From contig JAGBAS010000028.1 in the NCBI GenBank assembly GCA_017938885.1, positions 909 through 64,908 of the forward strand: a DNA stretch of 64,000 nt, given 5' to 3'. The stretch comes from Clostridia bacterium. Lineage in GTDB: Bacteria; Bacillota; Clostridia; Oscillospirales; CAG-272. The translations under genes and the position numbers were made by a program. Positions 44,771-52,343 of this stretch are shown here, in pieces. How positions within the stretch are numbered: the stretch's first letter is position 1; each line of letters begins with the position of its first letter. The notes beneath the pieces are model-generated. The model was not told where the DNA came from, made no database searches, and saw only the letters and a list, made by a program, of their open reading frames with translations.

Positions 44771-45790
44771 ATGTCGTGGTATCATATTCCCGGGAATCAG
44801 CAGGACGTGGCGGTATTTACCCGCATCACCATTGCCCGCAATCTTTCGGGGCATCCCTTTCCCTCCCGCTTGGACGCGGCAGGCGCGCGGGCCGTTTTAG
44901 AAGCGGTGGGCGGCGTATTTGAACGGAACGGCTTTACCCGCACCGACCCGGGCACGTTGTCCCGCACGGCCGCAGAGGCTCTGGCAGAGAAGCGGTACGT
45001 CAGCCCCCGCTTTATCGCCGAAAGTCTTCCCCACGCGCTGTTTCTCAACGAGCCCTGCAACCTGGCCGTTACGGTCTGCGAGGACGACCACATCCGCATC
45101 CGCTGTATCCTGTCGGGACTGGCCTTGAAGGATGCTTACGAAGGGGCAGGGCGGGTGGAGACTCTGCTGGACAGCGCGCTTGAGCTGGCCTTTGACGAAA
45201 AGCTGGGGTATCTCACGGCCAACCCGACTGAATTGGGCACGGCTCTGCGAGGAAGCGTTACGGTCTGCCTTCCCATGCTGGGCGGAGCGGGACGGGTAGA
45301 AGCCCTGTCCCGCAGTCTGGAGCAAACGGGGCTTTGCCTGCGGGGGAGCACCGTCGATCCCGTGGCCGCAGGATGGCTCTACCGCATCTATAACCGCACC
45401 ACCCTGGGGCAGACTGAGGAGGAGGTGCTGAATGCCCTGGAGGGAACAGTCCAGCACTTGATCGAAGCGGAACGGCAGGCCCGTGAGGGGATCTCGGGGA
45501 CGGAGCGGGAAAAGCTGACAGACCGCATCCTCCGCGCCGAGGGGATCCTCCGCCACGCCCACATGATCCCCATTTCCGAGCTCCCTTCCCTGCTGGGGCT
45601 GATGCGGCTCGGCGCGGCTATGGGGCTGACTCCTGCCGTCAAGGTCGAGGCTTTGACCGCCCTGCTCGTCGAGGCCATGCCCGCGACCCTGACCTTGGGA
45701 GCCGAGCCCCCGCCAGTGACCGATGCCCAGCGGGAGCTTTTGCGGGCAAAGGTCGTGCGGGACAGGCTCTTCGGAGCCGAATACGGATAA
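44771..45790 (+). CDS. mcsB: Protein arginine kinase McsB (ATP:guanido phosphotransferase family)
   Basis: ITIARNLSGHPFP...CEDDHIRIRC...LGYLTANPTELGTALRGSV...YRIYNRTTLGQTEEE. RBS taaggaggacggatcATG. Confidence 0.9.
   Translation: MSWYHIPGNQQDVAVFTRITIARNLSGHPFPSRLDAAGARAVLEAVGGVFERNGFTRTDPGTLSRTAAEALAEKRYVSPRFIAESLPHALFLNEPCNLAVTVCEDDHIRIRCILSGLALKDAYEGAGRVETLLDSALELAFDEKLGYLTANPTELGTALRGSVTVCLPMLGGAGRVEALSRSLEQTGLCLRGSTVDPVAAGWLYRIYNRTTLGQTEEEVLNALEGTVQHLIEAERQAREGISGTEREKLTDRILRAEGILRHAHMIPISELPSLLGLMRLGAAMGLTPAVKVEALTALLVEAMPATLTLGAEPPPVTDAQRELLRAKVVRDRLFGAEYG
45779..45790 (+). repeat. Left copy of the 12-bp direct repeat GAATACGGATAA (putative target-site duplication)
   Basis: An identical 12-mer lies at 45988..45999. 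The left copy encodes the last three codons and the stop of mcsB (E-Y-G-stop). Confidence 0.8.
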
Positions 45791-45987
45791 GAGCCAATTG
45801 CAAAATGCTCAAATTTGGGTTTATCGAACAGATACAAGATACGGAGATACAAGATACGGAGATACAAGATACAAGATATAGAACGGCTGTTGCCTCAAGG
45901 TTATTTCATATCTTGTATCTTTGTATCTTGTATCTTGTATCTTGTATCTCACCGAAAAACCCCAATTTTACATTTTGCAATCGCCTA
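45791..45987. mobile_element. Composite nested palindromic element C (MITE-like): outer TTGCAAAATG/TTGGGTTTATCG arms enclosing (GATACAA)n / (TTGTATC)n arms
   Basis: The left end gagccaattgcaaaatgctcaaatttgggtttatcgaac matches the right-end reverse complement, taggcgattgcaaaatgtaaaattggggtttttcggtg. The inner arms are 45831..45881 (GATACAA/GATACGGA units) and 45908..45948 (TTGTATC units). A perfect 12-bp direct repeat flanks the element. Confidence 0.8.
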
Positions 45988-45999
45988 GAATACGGATAA
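45988..45999 (+). repeat. Right copy of the 12-bp direct repeat GAATACGGATAA
   Basis: Identical to 45779..45790. It sits just upstream of the clpC RBS (aaataaaggaggaatctcATG). Confidence 0.8.
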
Positions 46000-46015
46000 A
46001 TAAAGGAGGAATCTC

Positions 46016-48538
46016 ATGACCAACCGTTTCACAGGCCGCGCCCAGAGCGCGCTCAACGGAGCCTTGCGGGAGGCGCAGGCCCTGGGGCATACCTACGTCG
46101 GCTCGGAGCATTTATTGCTGGGTCTACTCACCGAAAGCGAATGCATCGCCGCCAAGCTCATGCGAGCCAGGGGAGCCGATCCCGATAAGTACCGAGCCGC
46201 CATGATCGAGCTATCGGGAGAGGGGGCTCAGAGTCGGGTATCCCCTTCGGATATGACGCCGCGTGTTCGTCGGATCATCCAGGATTCCGCCAACGAGGCG
46301 GGGCGGTCGGGGCAGTCCTACGTGGGGACCGAGCATCTGCTCCTGGCCCTGCTGGATCAACCCGACTGCGTAGCGGTGCGCCTTCTGGAATCGGTCTCCG
46401 TCTCTCCGGACGAGCTGCGGCGGGACGTGGTGGGCTTTCTGGCCGCCTCTCCCTCGGCCTCCGGGGGCATGGAGCCTTCGGTCAAGGCACGGAGCGAGGA
46501 GCGCAATCCCCGTTCCCGGGAGGAACTGCGTGAAGGACATCGGGAGCGGGGGAGCACGGAAAATGGCCATACCCGTATTCCGGGAGCACCCACGCTATCC
46601 AAATACGGCCGCGATCTCACCTCCCGCGCGCGGGAGGGCAAGCTGGATCCCATCATCGGGCGGGAAGCCGAGACCGAGCGCGTCATCCGCATCCTGTCCC
46701 GTCGTCAGAAGAATAATCCCTGTCTGATCGGTGAGCCCGGAGTGGGAAAAACCGCCGTGATCGAGGGGCTGTGTCAGCGCATTGCAGACGGGAGCGTCCC
46801 CGAGACTCTGAAGGGGAAAAGCATCATTACGCTGGATATTCCCGCCATGATCGCCGGGGCGAAATACCGCGGGGAATTTGAGGATCGGCTCAAGGGTATT
46901 ATGGCCGAGGTGCGCGGGGAGCCTGACCTGATCCTGTTCATTGATGAGCTTCACACCATTGTGGGAGCGGGCGCGGCTGAGGGTGCAGTGGATGCCGCCA
47001 ACATCCTCAAGCCTGCCCTGGCGCGGGGGGAGATCCGCATCATCGGAGCGACCACGGCGGAGGAATACCGGCTCCACGTAGAAAAGGATTCTGCCCTGGA
47101 ACGGCGGTTCCAGGCGGTTATAGTCGGCGAGCCGAGCGAGGAGGAAGCCCTGCGCATCCTAACGGGTCTGCGGCCCCGCTACGAGGCTCACCACAAATTG
47201 AAGATCACCGACGAGGCGTTGCGGGCGGCGGTTGAGCTGTCGGTCAAATACATTCCCGACCGCTTTCTCCCCGACAAGGCCATCGACCTCATGGATGAGG
47301 CGGCGGCGGCTCTCCGCATCTCCTGCATGACCGCGCCCCCCGATCTCAAGCGCATGGAGGCAGAGCTCTCCACCCTGTCCCGCGAGAAGGAGGAGGCCAT
47401 CAAGGCGCAGGAATTCGAGCGGGCGGCCGGGCTTCGGGATCGGGAACGACTTTTGCAGGAGTCCTACGACTCCGCCCGCAACGCCTGGTCAGAGGATCCG
47501 AGCCGCCGCCAATCAGAGGAGACCGTCACCCCCGCCGCCATCGCCGATGTAGTCACCGAATGGACGGGCATCCCCGTGGCGCGTCTGCTGGAAAGCGAGG
47601 GAGAACGGCTTCTGAGTCTGGAAAAAACGCTTCAAGAGCGGGTGATCGGCCAGAGCAAGGCGGTCTCTGCCGTGGCGGGCGCTATCCGCAGAGGTCGGCT
47701 GGGGCTGAGCGACCCCCGCCGTCCCATTGGCTCCTTCATCTTTCTGGGGCAGACGGGCGTAGGAAAGACCGAGCTGGCGCGGGCTCTGGCGGCGGCTTTG
47801 TTCGGGAGTGAAAAAGCCTTGATCCGCTTTGATATGTCGGAATATATGGAGAAGCACAGTGTTTCCCGCCTCATCGGTTCTCCCCCCGGGTATATCGGCC
47901 ACGAAGAGGGGGGACAGCTTACGGAGCGGGTGCGGCGAAAGCCCTACGCAGTGGTGCTCTTTGACGAGCTGGAGAAGGCGCATCCCGATATTTACAATAT
48001 TCTGCTTCAGGTCATGGACGACGGTTCCCTCACCGACTCAGCCGGACGGCGGGTGGATTTCCGTCACACCGTCCTCATCATGACCTCCAACCTGGGAGCT
48101 GAAGAAAGCCGCCAACCCTCGGTGGGCTTTACGGGCGGAGACCGAAAGGAACGCGGACACGAGCGCATGACCGAAGCACTCAAGCGAGCCTTTCGCCCCG
48201 AATTTCTGGGGCGGATCGACGAGGTCGTGGTCTTCGATACCCTGGGGATAGAAGAAGTCAGCCAAATCGCCGTCCAACATCTGGAGGCTCTCCGCACCCG
48301 GGTCGGTTCGCTGGGGATCCGACTGGAATGGACCAAGAATTGCGTATCCCTGCTGGCCGAGGAGGGGCTTGACCCCAGATACGGTGCCCGTCCCCTGCGC
48401 CGCGCGGCTGTACGGCTGATCGAGGAGCCCTTGGCGGAGGCGATCCTGCGGGGAGGTATCCTCGAAGGGGACAGGGTTACGGTGGAGGCAGAGGATGGGA
48501 AATGCGTATTTCGTATAGAGGGAAATCAGCAGAGGTGA
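46016..48538 (+). CDS. clpC: ATP-dependent Clp protease ATP-binding subunit ClpC
   Basis: Two Clp-N repeats, Walker [10 protein letters not shown] and GQTGVGKTE, a UVR-like motif [17 protein letters not shown], and the ClpB_D2-small tail. Confidence 0.95.
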   Translation: MTNRFTGRAQSALNGALREAQALGHTYVGSEHLLLGLLTESECIAAKLMRARGADPDKYRAAMIELSGEGAQSRVSPSDMTPRVRRIIQDSANEAGRSGQSYVGTEHLLLALLDQPDCVAVRLLESVSVSPDELRRDVVGFLAASPSASGGMEPSVKARSEERNPRSREELREGHRERGSTENGHTRIPGAPTLSKYGRDLTSRAREGKLDPIIGREAETERVIRILSRRQKNNPCLIGEPGVGKTAVIEGLCQRIADGSVPETLKGKSIITLDIPAMIAGAKYRGEFEDRLKGIMAEVRGEPDLILFIDELHTIVGAGAAEGAVDAANILKPALARGEIRIIGATTAEEYRLHVEKDSALERRFQAVIVGEPSEEEALRILTGLRPRYEAHHKLKITDEALRAAVELSVKYIPDRFLPDKAIDLMDEAAAALRISCMTAPPDLKRMEAELSTLSREKEEAIKAQEFERAAGLRDRERLLQESYDSARNAWSEDPSRRQSEETVTPAAIADVVTEWTGIPVARLLESEGERLLSLEKTLQERVIGQSKAVSAVAGAIRRGRLGLSDPRRPIGSFIFLGQTGVGKTELARALAAALFGSEKALIRFDMSEYMEKHSVSRLIGSPPGYIGHEEGGQLTERVRRKPYAVVLFDELEKAHPDIYNILLQVMDDGSLTDSAGRRVDFRHTVLIMTSNLGAEESRQPSVGFTGGDRKERGHERMTEALKRAFRPEFLGRIDEVVVFDTLGIEEVSQIAVQHLEALRTRVGSLGIRLEWTKNCVSLLAEEGLDPRYGARPLRRAAVRLIEEPLAEAILRGGILEGDRVTVEAEDGKCVFRIEGNQQR

Positions 48539-48563
48539 TGGATCAACCGCTCCCTCCAACCAA

Positions 48564-48610
48564 GGAACATCTGTCCGTGCGCAGAAAACGTATTGACAGA
48601 TGTTCCTTTT
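48564..48610 (+). terminator. clpC terminator candidate overlapping the next promoter
   Basis: A perfect 12-bp inverted repeat, ggaacatctgtc (48564..48575) / gacagatgttcc (48595..48606), is followed by TTTT. The right arm contains the -35 TTGACA of the downstream gene. Confidence 0.5.
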
Positions 48611-48621
48611 CGTGCTATAAT
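48593..48621 (+). promoter_or_regulatory. SigA extended -10 promoter of the GH43-like lipoprotein gene
   Basis: TTGACA (48593..48598), 17 nt, then TGcTATAAT (-10 at 48616..48621). Confidence 0.65.
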
Positions 48622-48653
48622 GGTAAGAAATAGACCGAAAGGAAAAATCGACC

Positions 48654-50126
48654 GTGCAACACAAAGGTTTTCCGTTTTTTTCGATCCTTCTCCTGTTGAG
48701 TGTGGTACTCCTGCTTGGCTCCTGTGACCGTGCCCCCGCGCCTCCTGCCGAAACCGTCACCGAATTCGCTACCGAGAGCATCGCCGGGGAGATCACGGAG
48801 GAAGCCACAGAGGATGAGACCGAGCCCGCCCTCCTGGAGATCATCAAGGCAGGTCAACGCCGTGCCACCTACCGTGTTGTCTATGACAAGGACGCGAACC
48901 GCGAAACCGTTCAGGCCATGGAAATGCTCTGCGCCATGATACGGAATTACACGGGCTGCGAGATCCATGCGCAAGACGCAAGTAAGAATCCCGGTAAGGA
49001 GATCGTATTCAATGCTGACACCCGAGACGGGATCGCCGAAATGAAAGCGGATCTGTCCAAGGGTGAGTACGCCATTCGGGTCAAGCCCAACGCAAACGGC
49101 GACGGAGGCGACCTGCTCATCGCCGTCACTACCTACCGCTCAGCCTATGCCTGCGCGGAATATCTGCTGGAGACCTTTACCACCGACGAGGGGGCCTTGC
49201 TGGTTCCCATGAACCTGGATGTAAAGGGCTCGGAAAAGGAGTATACCATGATTACATCGGCCATCAGCCAGCTGAGAGACCCCTGCATCCTGGTGGAGGA
49301 CGGCGTGTATTACGCCTACGGCACGGGCTGGCATTGCTATAAGAATACGAGCGGCAGCTTAGAAGGCGCCTGGACGGATCTGGGCGTAGTGGCCTCTGTC
49401 GCCAACAAGGACAACGACGGCGGCGACCACTGGGCTCCCGAGGTACACAAGTACAACGGCTCGTACTATATGTTCACCACCTACAAAAGCAAGCTCACGA
49501 ATCGCCACGGGTGTATCATTCTGAAATCGGATTCCCCCGAGGGGCCCTTCGCGGAGATCACGAACGGGCATATTACCCCCGCAGACTGGGACGCCATCGA
49601 CGGCACCTTTTACGTTGATCCCGACGGACAGCCCTGGATGGTCTTCGTCCACGAATGGATCAGTATGCCCGGGGGCGTCGGCTCCTTTGCCGCCGCTAAG
49701 CTTTCGGAGGATCTGACTCATTTCATCTCCGAGCCCATAGAGCTGTTCAAGGCTGACGAGCCCGACTGGGCTGTGGCCGGAGTCACCGATGGCTGTTGGA
49801 TGTACACCACCCGGGAGGGAGAGCTCTTGATGGTCTGGTCGAATTTCGACGTGCACGGCTACGTCGTTGCCGTTGCCCGCAGCTCCAACGGTCGGCTGGA
49901 CGGGGAATGGATCCACGAAGAAAAGCTTTTGTACTCCAAGTACATGACAGGTCTGTACGACGGCGGCCACGGCATGATCTTTACCGATACCGACGGGCAG
50001 ACGTACCTTTCCTTCCACTCCCCCAACAGTGCCGTAGGCAGCCGCGTGGAAAAGCCCGTATTCTTGGCGATTGAAGAAGAGGACGGAAAGCTGATCTGGG
50101 CGAAGTCCGAGCGGGAGAAAGGATGA
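48654..50126 (+). CDS. Surface lipoprotein with an N-terminal alpha/beta module and a GH43-like five-bladed propeller
   Basis: GTG start with an RBS (gaaaggaaaaatcgaccGTG). Lipobox LLLGSC plus an acidic linker. GH43-style motifs are LRDPCILVEDGVYYAYGT, HWAPEVHKYNGSYYMFTTY and DGTFYVDPDGQPWMVF. Confidence 0.75.
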   Translation: MQHKGFPFFSILLLLSVVLLLGSCDRAPAPPAETVTEFATESIAGEITEEATEDETEPALLEIIKAGQRRATYRVVYDKDANRETVQAMEMLCAMIRNYTGCEIHAQDASKNPGKEIVFNADTRDGIAEMKADLSKGEYAIRVKPNANGDGGDLLIAVTTYRSAYACAEYLLETFTTDEGALLVPMNLDVKGSEKEYTMITSAISQLRDPCILVEDGVYYAYGTGWHCYKNTSGSLEGAWTDLGVVASVANKDNDGGDHWAPEVHKYNGSYYMFTTYKSKLTNRHGCIILKSDSPEGPFAEITNGHITPADWDAIDGTFYVDPDGQPWMVFVHEWISMPGGVGSFAAAKLSEDLTHFISEPIELFKADEPDWAVAGVTDGCWMYTTREGELLMVWSNFDVHGYVVAVARSSNGRLDGEWIHEEKLLYSKYMTGLYDGGHGMIFTDTDGQTYLSFHSPNSAVGSRVEKPVFLAIEEEDGKLIWAKSEREKG

Positions 50127-50160
50127 TCCGAAGCCCTCGCGGGCGAATGAATCCCGAACA

Positions 50161-50191
50161 GGGGCGCGTGCAACGGCGCGTCCCTTTTTTC
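50161..50191 (+). terminator. Rho-independent terminator
   Basis: ggggcgcg-tgcaacgg-cgcgtccc followed by TTTTTT. Confidence 0.7.
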
Positions 50192-50245
50192 ATGGACAGG
50201 CCATAAAAAAACAGTCCGATGCCGTCATTTTTTCCAAAAAATGTA

Positions 50246-50274
50246 TTGAAAAATTGAATGGACTGTGCTATAAT
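50246..50274 (+). promoter_or_regulatory. SigA extended -10 promoter of rhaA
   Basis: TTGAAA (50246..50251), 17 nt, then TGcTATAAT (-10 at 50269..50274). Confidence 0.65.
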
Positions 50275-50314
50275 ACCGTTAAATACAATACTTACTCAAG
50301 AAAGGAAACCTACT

Positions 50315-51574
50315 ATGAATCAGGACAGAATCATCAAAGCCTACGAATGCGCCCGCGACGAGTACGCCGAGTACGGTGTCAACACCGACAAGGTGCTGGA
50401 GCAGTTCGACGACATCTCCATGTCCCTCCACTGCTGGCAGGGCGACGACGTGGTGGGTCTCGAGGGTCTGGGCGATGTGGAATCCCAGAACCTGGTCACG
50501 GGCAGTTACCCCTATGCCGCCAAGACCGGAGACGAGCTGAGATCCGACATCAAGATGGCCTTCTCCCTCTCCCCCTTCAAGCACAAGGTCAATCTCCACA
50601 GTATGTACGCCGAGCGCCGTAATCCCAGAAACGACCTGACCATCGAGGACTTCCGCAACTGGGTGGACTTCGCCAAGGAGAACGGCTACGGCTTGGACTA
50701 TAACGCCTCCTTCTTCACCCACCCCATGATGAACAACGGCTTTTCCCTGGCTTGTCTCGACAAGTCTACAAGAGACTACTGGATCGAGGCGGGCATCGAC
50801 AGCCGCGAAATCTCCCTGGCCATGGGTAAAGAGCTGGGTCAGAAGTGCTTCAACAACATCTGGATCCCCGACGGTCTCAAGGACGTCCCCGTGAACCGCT
50901 ACCGCTACCGCGAGCTGCTGATCGAGTCCCTGGACAAGATTCTGGGCAACCCCTACACCGAGGAGGAGCACAAGTACGCCGCCGACGTGCTGGAGGGTAA
51001 GGTCTTCGGTATCGGTACCGAGGCATTTGTCGTCGGCTCTCACGAGTTCTACCTGGGCTACGCCGCCACCCACAACTGCGGTGTCACCCTCGACACGGGC
51101 CACTTCAACCCCACCGAGAACATCCCCGACAAGCTCTCGGCCTACCGCCCCTTCGTCCGCGACCTCATGCTCCATATTTCCCGCGGCCTGCACTGGGACT
51201 CCGACCACGTCCTCATCCAGGACGACTGCCTCATGACCATCATGCACGAAATGCGTATGGGCAACCTCTACGGCGACGTGGCCATGGGTCTGGATTTCTT
51301 CGATGCCTCCATCAACCGCGTGGCCTGCTGGTCCATCGGTCTCCGCGCCGCCGCCAAGGCCGTGCTGGCTTCCCTGCTGGAGCCCGTGAATCTCACCGAT
51401 CCCGCCGAGGTCGCAGGGGACTTCACCTCCCGCCTCATGCTCATGGACGAGGCCAAGAACCTCCCCATGAATGCCGTTTGGGAATATATGCTCATGAAGA
51501 AGGACATCGCCATCGGCCAGGACGCCTTGAAGGCCATCAAGACCTACGAAAAGGACGTCATGGCGACCCGCTGA
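50315..51574 (+). CDS. rhaA: L-rhamnose isomerase
   Basis: ...QFDDISMSLHCWQGDDVVGLE... is colinear with E. coli RhaA (VSMHCWQGDDVSGFE). The length of 419 aa fits. RBS aaaggaaacctactATG. Confidence 0.9.
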   Translation: MNQDRIIKAYECARDEYAEYGVNTDKVLEQFDDISMSLHCWQGDDVVGLEGLGDVESQNLVTGSYPYAAKTGDELRSDIKMAFSLSPFKHKVNLHSMYAERRNPRNDLTIEDFRNWVDFAKENGYGLDYNASFFTHPMMNNGFSLACLDKSTRDYWIEAGIDSREISLAMGKELGQKCFNNIWIPDGLKDVPVNRYRYRELLIESLDKILGNPYTEEEHKYAADVLEGKVFGIGTEAFVVGSHEFYLGYAATHNCGVTLDTGHFNPTENIPDKLSAYRPFVRDLMLHISRGLHWDSDHVLIQDDCLMTIMHEMRMGNLYGDVAMGLDFFDASINRVACWSIGLRAAAKAVLASLLEPVNLTDPAEVAGDFTSRLMLMDEAKNLPMNAVWEYMLMKKDIAIGQDALKAIKTYEKDVMATR

Positions 51575-51592
51575 GCGGCTCCTTGGCTACAG

Positions 51593-51626
51593 AAAGGCTC
51601 ACCCCGAAAGAGGTGAGCCTTTTGTT
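51593..51626. terminator. Bidirectional terminator between rhaA and the convergent membrane-protein gene
   Basis: aaaggctcacc-ccgaaaga-ggtgagccttttgtt. Confidence 0.7.
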
Positions 51627-51686
51627 ATGGGAGAACGGGTCACGCTGACCCACATGAAACCATACCATCCTGTTGTGAGCTTGGAA

Positions 51687-52301
51687 TCAGCCTTCGGTTT
51701 GAGGATGACTTTCCTTCATGGGCTCCGTCGGAGACGATTCTGCGTAGTTGCGCCACGCATCCAGGAATCGGCGGATCCCCCGCATACGGGCGGGATCCAA
51801 CAGGACGGTATCGGTCACCTGCTTGCCGAAAAGCTCGCTCCGATAGCGGATCATCACCAGCGGAGAGCGGGAGCGTTTTCCCCGTTTTCCGCTCTGCCAT
51901 TCCACAGAGAGTACCCTTTCGTAGGCAAGGAAATATTCCTTACCGCTGGCGGCGCGGATATAGAGACCCTCGTCATTGTAGCGGAGCTGTGTACCCGACG
52001 TCCGAAACAGAACCGCGCCGATATACAGACAGCAGCCCAACAGCAGGGGCAGGGTGTGCGGCTGTATGATCCCCAGCGCTATCCGCCACAGGCAGGGCAG
52101 AATCGCGGCTATGGCCGGAAGCAGAGCCAGCATGACGGTAAGGCGGTCGTATTCCACGGTGTCCTGTGTCCATTCCCGCTCCCGTACCGCCACCCTCCCC
52201 GCGCATAGGCGGGGAATGAGGCGGGTCAGGTAGCCGACCGCCCACAGCAGAAACAGACCGAGTACGGTGTATTCCAAAAGGGTCGCGATACGGTCTGTCA
52301 T
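51687..52301 (-). CDS. Hypothetical 3-TM membrane protein with a basic cytoplasmic C-terminal domain
   Basis: RBS gaaaggagacggattccATG. Three hydrophobic helices are followed by ...YNDEGLYIRAASGKEYFLAYERVLSVEWQSGKRGKRSRSPLVMIRYRSELFG... (looks PH-like). It starts 42 nt after the stop of the anchored hydrolase gene. Confidence 0.55.
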   Translation of the reverse strand: MTDRIATLLEYTVLGLFLLWAVGYLTRLIPRLCAGRVAVREREWTQDTVEYDRLTVMLALLPAIAAILPCLWRIALGIIQPHTLPLLLGCCLYIGAVLFRTSGTQLRYNDEGLYIRAASGKEYFLAYERVLSVEWQSGKRGKRSRSPLVMIRYRSELFGKQVTDTVLLDPARMRGIRRFLDAWRNYAESSPTEPMKESHPQTEG

Positions 52302-52343
52302 GGAATCCGTCTCCTTTCGGGTCGAATTTGAGATGAGAAAGGC

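Noticed and set aside
45831-45948. CRISPR array or satellite explanation for the GATACAA/TTGTATC arrays.
   Set aside because: The units are 7 nt with no spacers, are arranged as two complementary arms of one hairpin, and there are no cas genes. The geometry is that of a palindromic element, not a CRISPR locus.
45805-45999. ORFs encoded by the repeats: 45805..45999 (…IQDTEIQDTEIQDTRY…ILYLCILYLVSCIS…), the 5' end of 26087..26617 (MYLCILYLCIL), the 5' end of 45388..45867, and the C-terminal end (…ILYLVSCILYL) of the antisense ORF 58652..59752.
   Set aside because: The peptide periodicity simply reflects translation of the 7-nt DNA repeat in shifting frames. There is no RBS, and the ORFs overlap better-supported features. 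They are likely annotation artefacts.
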